From: Patescibacteria group bacterium
GTDB lineage: Bacteria > Patescibacteriota > Patescibacteriia > Patescibacteriales > JAQTRU01
NCBI GenBank assembly: GCA_028716725.1
Contig: JAQUPG010000004.1
Coordinates: 2,680-66,679, forward strand
Direction: 5' to 3'
DNA length: 64,000 bases
The notes under the pieces were generated by a model that did not search any database, had not been told where the DNA came from, and worked only from the letters and a program-made list of their open reading frames with translations. Positions 41,599 through 49,925 of the stretch are shown piece by piece (the first letter of the stretch is position 1; the number at the start of each line of letters is the position of its first letter). Position numbers and translations under genes: made by a program.

Positions 41599-42123
41599 TT
41601 ATAAACTATATAATTTCCAATCCCCATTAACGTCCTTTATAAAATCTAAAGGATATCTCATGGTTTCATCTCCCTCTTTCTGCAAAAAATAAAATTGTGC
41701 TCTCACCTCGTACATATTTTCCTTTTCTATTTTTTCCGGATAACTGCTATAGATTTGCCCAAACCGGCCTTCCTGATGCGCTTGCGTTAAAGCTTCTTTA
41801 TTCTCGTTATATCTTTTCCCCGATTCTTTGCTTAATTGCTCAATCGCCAGTTCCAAATTATTTTCTTTTAAGGCCTGCCTGAATTTTGCGTAAGTTTGTT
41901 CCGGCGTTATTCGCGTGGCCACATCCGCGTATTTTATCTGCGGATACATCTTGGCCAGTTCTTCCTCGGTATAATCCGCATAAGGAAAATCCGGGCTGGC
42001 CAAACCTAAAGCGACTTTATCCATTTTCCTCATCGTCCAAAAATTAAGATAAACGCCAAAAAGCCCGACGACGATAATCGCGATAATGCCGATAATAATA
42101 ATCTTCTTTAATCTTGCTGTCAT
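41599..42123 (-). CDS. hypothetical membrane-anchored protein
   Basis: 174 aa with an N-terminal TM helix. Confidence 0.55.
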   Translation of the reverse strand: MTARLKKIIIIGIIAIIVVGLFGVYLNFWTMRKMDKVALGLASPDFPYADYTEEELAKMYPQIKYADVATRITPEQTYAKFRQALKENNLELAIEQLSKESGKRYNENKEALTQAHQEGRFGQIYSSYPEKIEKENMYEVRAQFYFLQKEGDETMRYPLDFIKDVNGDWKLYSL

Positions 42124-42159
42124 AAATTTATAAATTAATATTTAATTTTTTAATAAATA

Positions 42160-42188
42160 TTGACAAAAAATAAATTATATACTATAAA
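42160..42188 (+). promoter_or_regulatory. consensus sigma-70 promoter
   Basis: TTGACA, 17-nt spacer, TATAAA. Confidence 0.5.
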
Positions 42189-42234
42189 GATACATAAAAT
42201 TTAAGCACATTCCTTTTATAAAGGGAGGTAATTT

Positions 42235-42426
42235 GTGAAAAAACTGATTGAAGCCACGAGTATTTTTTACTCGCTGTCAGTCCTCATCGCCTTCGGCCTG
42301 GTGTTTTTTAATGAAGCAGCAGCCGGATGCGTAATCGGGGTTGCGGCAATATCGGCCATGGCTACCATAGCTGCCTTGAAAATTCACGACAAACTCGAGG
42401 CCAAGGTAATGGGCCTGTATTTCTGA
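42235..42426 (+). CDS. small membrane protein (2 TM)
   Basis: 63 aa; RBS AGGGAGG; GTG start. Confidence 0.4.
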   Translation: MKKLIEATSIFYSLSVLIAFGLVFFNEAAAGCVIGVAAISAMATIAALKIHDKLEAKVMGLYF

Positions 42427-42483
42427 TAAAAAATACAAAACAACTTGAAAAGCCATTGGGAAACTGGTGGCTTTTTTTAATCA

Positions 42484-42512
42484 TTGACAAAATTGTATAT
42501 CTCTGCTATGAT
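42484..42512 (+). promoter_or_regulatory. consensus sigma-70 promoter
   Basis: TTGACA, 17-nt spacer, TATGAT. Confidence 0.5.
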
Positions 42513-42570
42513 TATAAGATTTTGTTCGTAGATGTTGTTCATAAAATAGCTAAAAAATGGAGGTACCTTT

Positions 42571-42885
42571 ATGAAAGATAAAAAGGAAAAGAGTTTATGG
42601 AAAGTAGTAGATAGCGCCTCCGGCGCGGAGATAAGAGAAATGATGATTAAGGACGGATGGTCTCCTGATTATTTTGAACAAATTGATGAACTTTCTAAAA
42701 AGATAAAAACTCTAGAATCAAAACGGCGCAGGCTCAATAAGCAATTCTGTAAAAATCCTGATGAAAACGTTTTGGAAGAAATTAAAACTCTTGAGCTTGA
42801 GATAATTAACTTAAAAAATAAGCTTATGGAGATTCATCTTAAAGAGCATTCAAGAGTTTTGCAACTAAAAAATGGAAGAAAATAA
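42571..42885 (+). CDS. hypothetical coiled-coil protein
   Basis: 104 aa; RBS GGAGG; K/E-rich heptad-like sequence. Confidence 0.45.
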   Translation: MKDKKEKSLWKVVDSASGAEIREMMIKDGWSPDYFEQIDELSKKIKTLESKRRRLNKQFCKNPDENVLEEIKTLELEIINLKNKLMEIHLKEHSRVLQLKNGRK

Positions 42886-42910
42886 CATTACCATGAACAT
42901 TATAACTATT

Positions 42911-42949
42911 GGACGTAGTTTCTGTTAGGGAAACTGCGTCCATTTTTTT
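42911..42949 (+). terminator. rho-independent terminator
   Basis: GGACGTAGTTT / AAACTGCGTCC, 11 bp with one G-U pair, followed by a T-run. Confidence 0.7.
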
Positions 42950-43119
42950 AAAAGGGTATAAAAATATCAAAGAATATTTGTGTTTTTATTGGCCAGCACC
43001 CCTCTCTTACTAACTATTTTACTATAACACTAACCAATCTCTACAACAAAAACCTTGCCTAAACAAGGTTTTTATTTTTTATGTAAAAATAAATAATTAC
43101 CCTCCATATTTATTGCTTT

Positions 43120-43968
43120 TTACTTCTTCGTCCAATATTCCACGCTTCTCATTATGCGGAAAGCGTCCGCCGGCTTGCCCAGGAAATAGCGCTCCCCGTC
43201 CCCGGTATTTACATACCAGGCCTCGCCATGGCCCTCTACCTGCAGGAGAATTTTTCCTTTCTGTTTATTGGCAAAGTCCATATCTATGCCGAGATTTCCC
43301 GCGCCGAGCGGATTAAAGCCAGTTAAAATTTCCTGCTTATCATTATAACCGTCCCCGTCCGTGTCGACTTTAGCCGCGTCCGTGCCCAGAGCTTCTTCGG
43401 CTAAATCAGACAAGCCGTCCCCGTCCGTGTCATCGCCTTCCAAATTGGCGTCCGCCACCGGAATTTTTTTTAAATTTTCATTGCTTATGCCCACGCCCAG
43501 CCTTATTATCAGGTTATAAATATTGGCCTCGGCCGAGCTAAGGTCAAGCTGGCTTTGGGAATATTTTTCTTCAATCGCGGTTTTTTCATTAAGAACGGTT
43601 TTAAACTCTTCGGTTTTAACATCCACCGCCTGGCTTTTTTCTAAGAGATCGGCCTGTACCTGTTTTAATAATTCTTCCCTCTGAGCCAGTTCAGCTTCGG
43701 TTGTCCCCAAAGTGCCCTTGGCTTCTTCCAGTTCTTTCTGGACGCTAGAAACGCTAAGCAATAATTTAGTGTTGGCATTATATATTTTAACAATTGCCAA
43801 AATCATGCCCAAAAAAATTAAGACCAGAACGCCGTAAAAAAACCACCGCTGGTACCGGCGCAAAGAAATTTCTTTGCCTAATTGTTCGCGGTGGACAATC
43901 GGCCGCCCGCAGGAAGGGCAGGTTTCAGAATTATCCGGAATTTGCTTCCGGCAATTAAAACAAATCAT
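43120..43968 (-). CDS. zinc-ribbon membrane protein with coiled coil and Ca-binding-type DxDxDG repeats
   Basis: 282 aa: CFNCRKQIPDNSETCPSCG, one TM helix, a coiled coil, and DTDGDGLSD / DTDGDGYND. Confidence 0.6.
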   Translation of the reverse strand: MICFNCRKQIPDNSETCPSCGRPIVHREQLGKEISLRRYQRWFFYGVLVLIFLGMILAIVKIYNANTKLLLSVSSVQKELEEAKGTLGTTEAELAQREELLKQVQADLLEKSQAVDVKTEEFKTVLNEKTAIEEKYSQSQLDLSSAEANIYNLIIRLGVGISNENLKKIPVADANLEGDDTDGDGLSDLAEEALGTDAAKVDTDGDGYNDKQEILTGFNPLGAGNLGIDMDFANKQKGKILLQVEGHGEAWYVNTGDGERYFLGKPADAFRIMRSVEYWTKK

Positions 43969-44031
43969 ATTTTTTAAAGTTTAGTTATTACCTGTATATT
44001 ATAACACAAAAATCAAATAACCATAAACTTT

Positions 44032-46284
44032 TTACTCCAAATCCCTGATAAACCTTTCCACTGAAGCTTCCAGGCCCGGGTCCAGAAGAGCCGCTTTCCG
44101 GGCGGCCTCAACCGCTTCTTCCTTTCTGCCAAGCTGGGCGTAAAGCTTTGATAAATTCACCCAGATTTCAACGTTTTTCGGCTCTAATCTTGTTAATTGG
44201 GCATAAAGGGTAAGCATTCTTTCCGCGTCTCCCTTATCAATATAATGATTAATCACGGTTTTAACAAAAACTGATGAGGAGAACATTTGGGCTCCCCCTT
44301 TATCCAAGCATTTATCCATCTCGGCATAACCCTCTTCTTCTCTTTCTAAGGCCATATAAACTTTGGCCAGCTGGCAGGTGCTTTCATAATAATCTTCGTT
44401 TAAACTGACGGCGTATTCTAAAGTTTCTATGGCTTTTTCCGTCTCGCCCCGGGTAAGATAAATCTGGGCTTTGGTAAAATAAACCGGGATCCTGCCCGGG
44501 CTGGATGCAACAGCCAAGTCAATCGCCTCCAGAGCCTGGTCAGAATAATAATAAAATTTATCGGAATTGTCAGTATTAACCCGGGAAGCGTTATCTAAAA
44601 CCTGGGCCAATTCCACCTGCATTAAATTGTCCTTTGGATTATATTTTACATTGGCTTTAGCCAGCTCTACGCCATAATCTAAAATCTCTTTGGCTTTTTC
44701 CTGTCCGCCTTCGCTAACGGTCATTGAACCAAGAGCTTTTACCAAGCTGGCGCGGCTATCGCGGTCCAAAACGGTATTATAGCTTAAGGCATTTTTATAT
44801 TCCTCCACGGCGCCGATAACGTCGCCTTTAGCTAAAGCCATCTGGCCGTTTATTGTCCCGATAAGCATCTTAGCCGGTTTCAGGTCGAACTGGTAAATTA
44901 AAATTAAGGCAATAAGGCCGAAAACAAACAGAGAATAAATTTCCTTATTTTCCAGGGCCCTGTCCTTCTCTCTAAAAGCCGGCAAGTTTTCTTTTTCATC
45001 CTCTTCTGGTTCTTTAGCCCGGGAAAGCCAATAGATATAACCAAGCATTACCATCAAAGAAATATAAGTCACTAAAGCATCAAAGACTACCAAGTTCTGG
45101 ATAAAATAGGCGACGATTAAGCCAATAAGCAGAATAAAATCCGCTGAGCTTATTTCTCTCTTTTTAAAGCCGCGGATAAGATAAACAAAGGCAGCGATAA
45201 AAATCGACAAATACGTAAAAAGGCCCAATAAACCGGTAGTGGAAGCAATATCAATTAAATTATTATGCGCCTGGTCAAAATAAGTTTCACTCCTGGTATA
45301 ATTATAGAAAGTCGGGTCAAAATACTTATCAAAAATAATAGCGTAATTGCCCAGCCCGGTGCCGAGGATCGGATGGCTGGTAAAATCCCTGGCTGCGGCC
45401 CGCCAGGAAATAAAGCGCGTCTGCATGGTTGAACTGGACATGGAAATATTTGCCAATCGAGCCAAGAAAGAATTATTTTGGACGAAAGCGCTATCGCGGT
45501 TTAAAACCAGGCCGGTTATGGAAATTATTAAAACGAATAAAAAAAGCAAACCATACCACCTCGCCTTTTTACTCTTACTTAAAATAGCCAGAAGGAACGG
45601 CATAAAAAGGAGGCTGGCGCCAAAGCCGAGATAAGCTCCGCGCGTTCCGGAAAAAATTAAAGCCAACAAAACGATAAAGGCCGCCGCCGCCAAAACGGCC
45701 CTCAAAAGCCTGTTTCTGGTTTTAAAAAACAAAATAAAAATAAAGGACAGATTAAAAATGGCGTAAGCGCCGACATAAGCGGCGTTGCCGATTGTGGCAA
45801 TAACCCGGCCGGGTCCCCAGGGACTTTTTATAATTTCCAGCCGCTGAGCAATGCCATGCAGGCTTACCAGAAATCCGAAAATAATAAAAGCCAAAAATAA
45901 ATCGCGCCAATCGGGCCAGGAGCGCATCACGGTGATTATAATAAAATAGAGAATCAAAAAATGAAACAAATGGAAAAATCCCAGCATTCTTTCAATATCC
46001 CCCCAAAAGCTTAAATTAAAATCTGTGCTCCCAAAACAGGATAAAAGCATGGCGGTGAAAAAAGCTAATAATCCGAAGGATATCCAATTTTTTTTCGGGC
46101 GCCAACTCGGATATTTTATGATAAGGGCGAGCCAAAAAACAAACAGAATTTCGGTTAGAATATTAAAATAAATCTGTTTGGTGCTGATATAGGGAAAATA
46201 AAAATTTTTCCAGGTCAAAAGGACCGAAAGAAAAGAAAGGTAAATTCCCCACCTTAAAATCTTTAAATAAGTATTTTGCGACAT
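44032..46284 (-). CDS. O-antigen ligase (Wzy_C)-like polytopic membrane protein fused to TPR repeats
   Basis: 750 aa. About 12 TM helices, including the SGTRGAYLG loop typical of O-antigen ligase-like proteins, and a C-terminal TPR array. Confidence 0.75.
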   Translation of the reverse strand: MSQNTYLKILRWGIYLSFLSVLLTWKNFYFPYISTKQIYFNILTEILFVFWLALIIKYPSWRPKKNWISFGLLAFFTAMLLSCFGSTDFNLSFWGDIERMLGFFHLFHFLILYFIIITVMRSWPDWRDLFLAFIIFGFLVSLHGIAQRLEIIKSPWGPGRVIATIGNAAYVGAYAIFNLSFIFILFFKTRNRLLRAVLAAAAFIVLLALIFSGTRGAYLGFGASLLFMPFLLAILSKSKKARWYGLLFLFVLIISITGLVLNRDSAFVQNNSFLARLANISMSSSTMQTRFISWRAAARDFTSHPILGTGLGNYAIIFDKYFDPTFYNYTRSETYFDQAHNNLIDIASTTGLLGLFTYLSIFIAAFVYLIRGFKKREISSADFILLIGLIVAYFIQNLVVFDALVTYISLMVMLGYIYWLSRAKEPEEDEKENLPAFREKDRALENKEIYSLFVFGLIALILIYQFDLKPAKMLIGTINGQMALAKGDVIGAVEEYKNALSYNTVLDRDSRASLVKALGSMTVSEGGQEKAKEILDYGVELAKANVKYNPKDNLMQVELAQVLDNASRVNTDNSDKFYYYSDQALEAIDLAVASSPGRIPVYFTKAQIYLTRGETEKAIETLEYAVSLNEDYYESTCQLAKVYMALEREEEGYAEMDKCLDKGGAQMFSSSVFVKTVINHYIDKGDAERMLTLYAQLTRLEPKNVEIWVNLSKLYAQLGRKEEAVEAARKAALLDPGLEASVERFIRDLE

Positions 46285-46343
46285 AAGTATTTAATGATTA
46301 ATTAATCAGGCAATCCAAAAATAAAAAATAAAATTCCGGCATC

Positions 46344-46937
46344 TTATTCCCCGCTTTCCGCTCTTCCCAGATACGCTTCTTTCCCGGCCGTGAGCCAGCC
46401 GGTATTAAGAACATGCTTCAAGCCTTCGTCGTAAACAGCAATAATTTCTTCCTTTGTTTTCCCCATCTCATATTCATATAAATCGGCCAATAAGCTATAA
46501 TAGGTTTCGTCTCCGGGAGATACGGAAATGGCCTCTTTATAATAATTTTCGGCTAATTTATAATCCCCCAAATATTTAGCCATATTGCCGGCGTTGGTCA
46601 TAAGCAAAGTATTCCGCCGGGAAGTTTTTTTAATCCCCTGCTCATAAATATCAAGGGCTTTTTGATAATAACTCGCGTAGTCGGCAATGCCGGCTTGCTT
46701 TGCCCAATCGGCTAAACTCTTCCAGGCCAGGCCCAAAGTAGTATATCTTTCAATATCGTTCTTATCCTCTTCAAGGTTTGCCTGTTTTTCTATAACATCA
46801 TCAATATAGTTCGCCAATTTCGGGTATTGCTGCTTTAAATCCTCCAGTCTCGCCTGTTCTTTGTGGCTGGCAAAAAAATACCAGCCACCGGCGCCGACGA
46901 TAATTAGAACCAAAATGATAAAAATAATTTTTTTCAT
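46344..46937 (-). CDS. membrane-anchored TPR repeat protein
   Basis: 197 aa with an N-terminal TM helix and TPR-like A/Y/L repeats. Confidence 0.6.
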   Translation of the reverse strand: MKKIIFIILVLIIVGAGGWYFFASHKEQARLEDLKQQYPKLANYIDDVIEKQANLEEDKNDIERYTTLGLAWKSLADWAKQAGIADYASYYQKALDIYEQGIKKTSRRNTLLMTNAGNMAKYLGDYKLAENYYKEAISVSPGDETYYSLLADLYEYEMGKTKEEIIAVYDEGLKHVLNTGWLTAGKEAYLGRAESGE

Positions 46938-46955
46938 ACCTTTTATATTTTATTT

Positions 46956-49199
46956 TTAATTTTTAAATTTATTAATATCTATCCCCTGCTCTTTCAAAAA
47001 TTTTTCCGCCTCAGGCGCTAACTCCGGCTGCAACTCCACGGCTTTGCTTAAATTAGCGACAACTTCCTCGTCATTGCCGATGCCCGCATAAGCAACGGCC
47101 AGACTCGCATAATATTGCGGATTTTCCGGCTCTCTGGCTATAAGCAGCTCATATAAAGGAATAATTTTTTCATAATCTTTTACTTCCGCATAAACATCAA
47201 TTAAATATAAAATATTGCCCTTGCTAAAATTTATGCCGAAGTCTTTCCCTTTTTCAAGCTCCTGCCTACCTCTTTCTTTCTGCCCGTCCTGCATCAAAGC
47301 CAGCCCCAAAAACCAATGCGGTTCTTCAAATTCCGGATTATTGGCCGTTAACTCTTCCAATATTTTTATACCTTCCTGGTTCTGGCCGGCAATCAGATAA
47401 TTTTTAGCCAGCATCAAAGGAACATTCTGCCTGCCCTTATTAATATTCCAGGCCTCCTTAAATATTTCCTCTGATCTGGCGAAGTACCTATTATCAATAA
47501 ATTCGCCCATAAAGCCGTATAATTGTCCGGCCCAAAAACGCATTACATAGGAAGTCGGGTAACTTTTAATTTGGCCTTCAAAAATATCGGCTAACTGGGA
47601 AGCGACCGGCTCCAGAGTGTCTTTGTTTAAAATTCCCCTACCGTCAAATTGGGATAAATCCTGGGTTAAAAATATGGCCTGCTCCCACAAAAACGGCACC
47701 TTGGCCCGCAAAACTTCCGGCGCCTTTGTCCGCCATAAATATAGAGAGCTAATATCAGCCGCATCAGAAACATCGCCCATTAAGACCGAAGCCCGGAAAA
47801 AAGAATAATTTTTATAAATAAGAAAAGGGGCGACAATTATAAAAATCAAGGCCAGCCAGCCGATTGATTTATAAAGAACATTCCGGCCGTAAAAATTACT
47901 TTCATTTTCAGCAGAGCCGTAGCAGAAGCTAATAAAAGCTAACAGCCAAAACCAAATTTGCAACGAGTTGGAAGTTTCAATGCCGAAGCTGCTTTGCCCT
48001 ATATAAGCGGCGGCCGCTCCGATTAAAATAATAAAAACCAATTTTTTCTTTTCGTTCTCCTGCCTGACGGTTGTTTTTATTAAATATAACATGAGGACGG
48101 CAATAATCCCTAAATAGCTGAAAAAGCCAACTGACCCCATGGTAGCCAAAACTTCCAGGGGATAATTATGCGGCTTGTCCCAAACAGTTTCCGCCAAAGA
48201 ATATTTCAAAAATTCCGGGTTGTAATGCTTGTCGAAAACATCCTGAAAATTTTCCGTTCCCCAGCCAAAAACCGGTTTGTCCCGCCAGCCCTTTAGAGCA
48301 ATCTCCCAGGCCATCAGCCGGGTATTGGCGGTCGTAGTCTTAAGATCCATATCCAATAACCTGGCCACGACCGGAACATTATTCTCAAGATAAGGAGTTT
48401 TTTGGTTTAAAATATAAAGGCCTGCGGATAAAATTAGAAATAACACCCCGGCGGCAATAATTATTTTTTTTGCCTTTTTATGCTTTCCTAATAATAAATA
48501 TGCCAGAGCGACTATAAAAATTCCGCCCATTAAACCGATAAAAGCGCCTCTAATCTGGGTAAAAAATAAGGTAGCTAAATTTAAAAAACTGATTAAGAAA
48601 ACCGGGTAGCGCCATTTATTGTTTTTATCAAATGAAAAGAACAAGGCCAATCCTAAAAAAGCCGGAATAATCAAATAGGCGGCAAAAAATATCGGATTCC
48701 CTATCATCCCGGATAGCCTCGACCCTTTGTCAATAATCCCGTCGAAAAAAGAAAAATATCTTCCGAACCAGGCTAAAAGAGATGAAATAGAGCTTATTAT
48801 TAAAATCCAAATCCCTAAATTTTGCCAATCTTTTTTGGCAGTAAAAAATTGGCGCAACAAAAGATAAAAAACCCCGAAATGCCAATAAGTGAAAACCCCC
48901 TGCGCCCGGGTCTGGTTCCCCCAGAAACTGCGGTTAAAATTAACCCCCAAAATAGCGGCAACAAACTGTAGGCCCAGGAATAATAAAACCAGCCAGTCCA
49001 ATAAATTCAATCTGGCGATCTTTCTCTCTTTGTTAAAACTGAAATATACCAAAGCCAAAGCCAATAATATTTCAACCAATGCCTGGAAAAGAACCGTCTT
49101 GCCGAAATGCCAAGGCTGCATTGTCCGGCTGGTAAAAACCAAAGGCAGGATAAGCGCCAGATAAATGCCGTATTTTATTGTCTTTTCTAAATATTTCAT
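46956..49199 (-). CDS. O-antigen ligase-like polytopic membrane protein fused to TPR repeats (paralog of 44032..46284)
   Basis: 747 aa with the same architecture; TQIRGAFIG loop. Confidence 0.75.
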   Translation of the reverse strand: MKYLEKTIKYGIYLALILPLVFTSRTMQPWHFGKTVLFQALVEILLALALVYFSFNKERKIARLNLLDWLVLLFLGLQFVAAILGVNFNRSFWGNQTRAQGVFTYWHFGVFYLLLRQFFTAKKDWQNLGIWILIISSISSLLAWFGRYFSFFDGIIDKGSRLSGMIGNPIFFAAYLIIPAFLGLALFFSFDKNNKWRYPVFLISFLNLATLFFTQIRGAFIGLMGGIFIVALAYLLLGKHKKAKKIIIAAGVLFLILSAGLYILNQKTPYLENNVPVVARLLDMDLKTTTANTRLMAWEIALKGWRDKPVFGWGTENFQDVFDKHYNPEFLKYSLAETVWDKPHNYPLEVLATMGSVGFFSYLGIIAVLMLYLIKTTVRQENEKKKLVFIILIGAAAAYIGQSSFGIETSNSLQIWFWLLAFISFCYGSAENESNFYGRNVLYKSIGWLALIFIIVAPFLIYKNYSFFRASVLMGDVSDAADISSLYLWRTKAPEVLRAKVPFLWEQAIFLTQDLSQFDGRGILNKDTLEPVASQLADIFEGQIKSYPTSYVMRFWAGQLYGFMGEFIDNRYFARSEEIFKEAWNINKGRQNVPLMLAKNYLIAGQNQEGIKILEELTANNPEFEEPHWFLGLALMQDGQKERGRQELEKGKDFGINFSKGNILYLIDVYAEVKDYEKIIPLYELLIAREPENPQYYASLAVAYAGIGNDEEVVANLSKAVELQPELAPEAEKFLKEQGIDINKFKN

Positions 49200-49201
49200 T
49201 T

Positions 49202-49783
49202 TTATAAATTCTTTGGGTTATTTCTATCTAACGCCCATTTATATGGGTTGTCAATTATATACTGCCGTATTCTATTTGATTCATCTTCATTCCGTATTAT
49301 CCTGTCATAATAATTATCCTGCCATATTTTTGCGCCAGGTTGATTCCGTTTTTCATTTATTATTTTTGCGGTTATAGATTTAAAACCTGCCATTAATGAC
49401 GATATTGATTTTTTCTCCATTCTGAAATTATTTTTATAATACTGTAGAGACGAACGGCCGTTCATCTCTACGCCAACGGGAAACCGGCCGTTCGTCTCTA
49501 CGCTATTATTATTAATTATAACAATCGCATGCAAATGATTCGGCATTATAATAAAATAATCCAAAATAATTTCTTTCCTAATTATGGCGGATTTCTTCCA
49601 TTCTTTTCCAACAACCTCCCCGAATTTATTTAATATCATCTTCCCGTTATTTATTCTGCCAAATAATTCAACCCTATTTTTTGTGCAAATCGTTACAAAA
49701 TAATATCCATCGTTAGAATAATCCCACCCATCATATCGGCAGGATTTTATGCGATATTTATTTTTGTATAAATCGCCCTCCAT
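49202..49783 (-). CDS. REP-associated tyrosine transposase (RAYT) / IS200-like Y1 transposase
   Basis: 193 aa. HUH motif IMPNHLHAIV and a catalytic-Tyr region, IWQDNYYDRIIRNE. Cognate palindromes lie nearby and inside the ORF. Confidence 0.8.
   Translation of the reverse strand: MEGDLYKNKYRIKSCRYDGWDYSNDGYYFVTICTKNRVELFGRINNGKMILNKFGEVVGKEWKKSAIIRKEIILDYFIIMPNHLHAIVIINNNSVETNGRFPVGVEMNGRSSLQYYKNNFRMEKKSISSLMAGFKSITAKIINEKRNQPGAKIWQDNYYDRIIRNEDESNRIRQYIIDNPYKWALDRNNPKNL
49444..49503. repeat. palindrome copies inside the RAYT ORF
   Basis: GTAGAGACGAACGG/CCGTTCATCTCTAC at 49444-49471, plus a right-arm copy CCGGCCGTTCGTCTCTACGC at 49484-49503. Together they encode SVETNGRFPVGVEMNGRSSLQ. Confidence 0.85.
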
Positions 49784-49814
49784 TTAACCATATTATATCA
49801 TAAAAAATTGTAAA

Positions 49815-49862
49815 GACGAACAGCGTAGAGACGAACGGCCGTTCGTCTCTACGCTGTTCGTC
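49815..49862. repeat. 48-nt perfect palindrome just upstream of the RAYT gene
   Basis: GACGAACAGCGTAGAGACGAACGG | CCGTTCGTCTCTACGCTGTTCGTC. Confidence 0.9.
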
Positions 49863-49871
49863 GCTAAAAAC

Positions 49872-49903
49872 AAAACCCCGCCGCTTGAAAGCGGCGGGGT
49901 TTT
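49872..49903 (-). terminator. rho-independent terminator of the surface-protein gene
   Basis: AAAACCCCGCCGC / GCGGCGGGGTTTT, a 13-bp stem. Confidence 0.8.
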
Positions 49904-49925
49904 TCTATATCAATCGTCTCAACAA

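Noticed and set aside
44032-49199. Paralogous O-antigen-ligase/TPR giants flanking a TPR protein, considered as a novel system
   Set aside because: This architecture is, to my knowledge, common in CPR-type genomes. Nothing in the sequence sets this instance apart.
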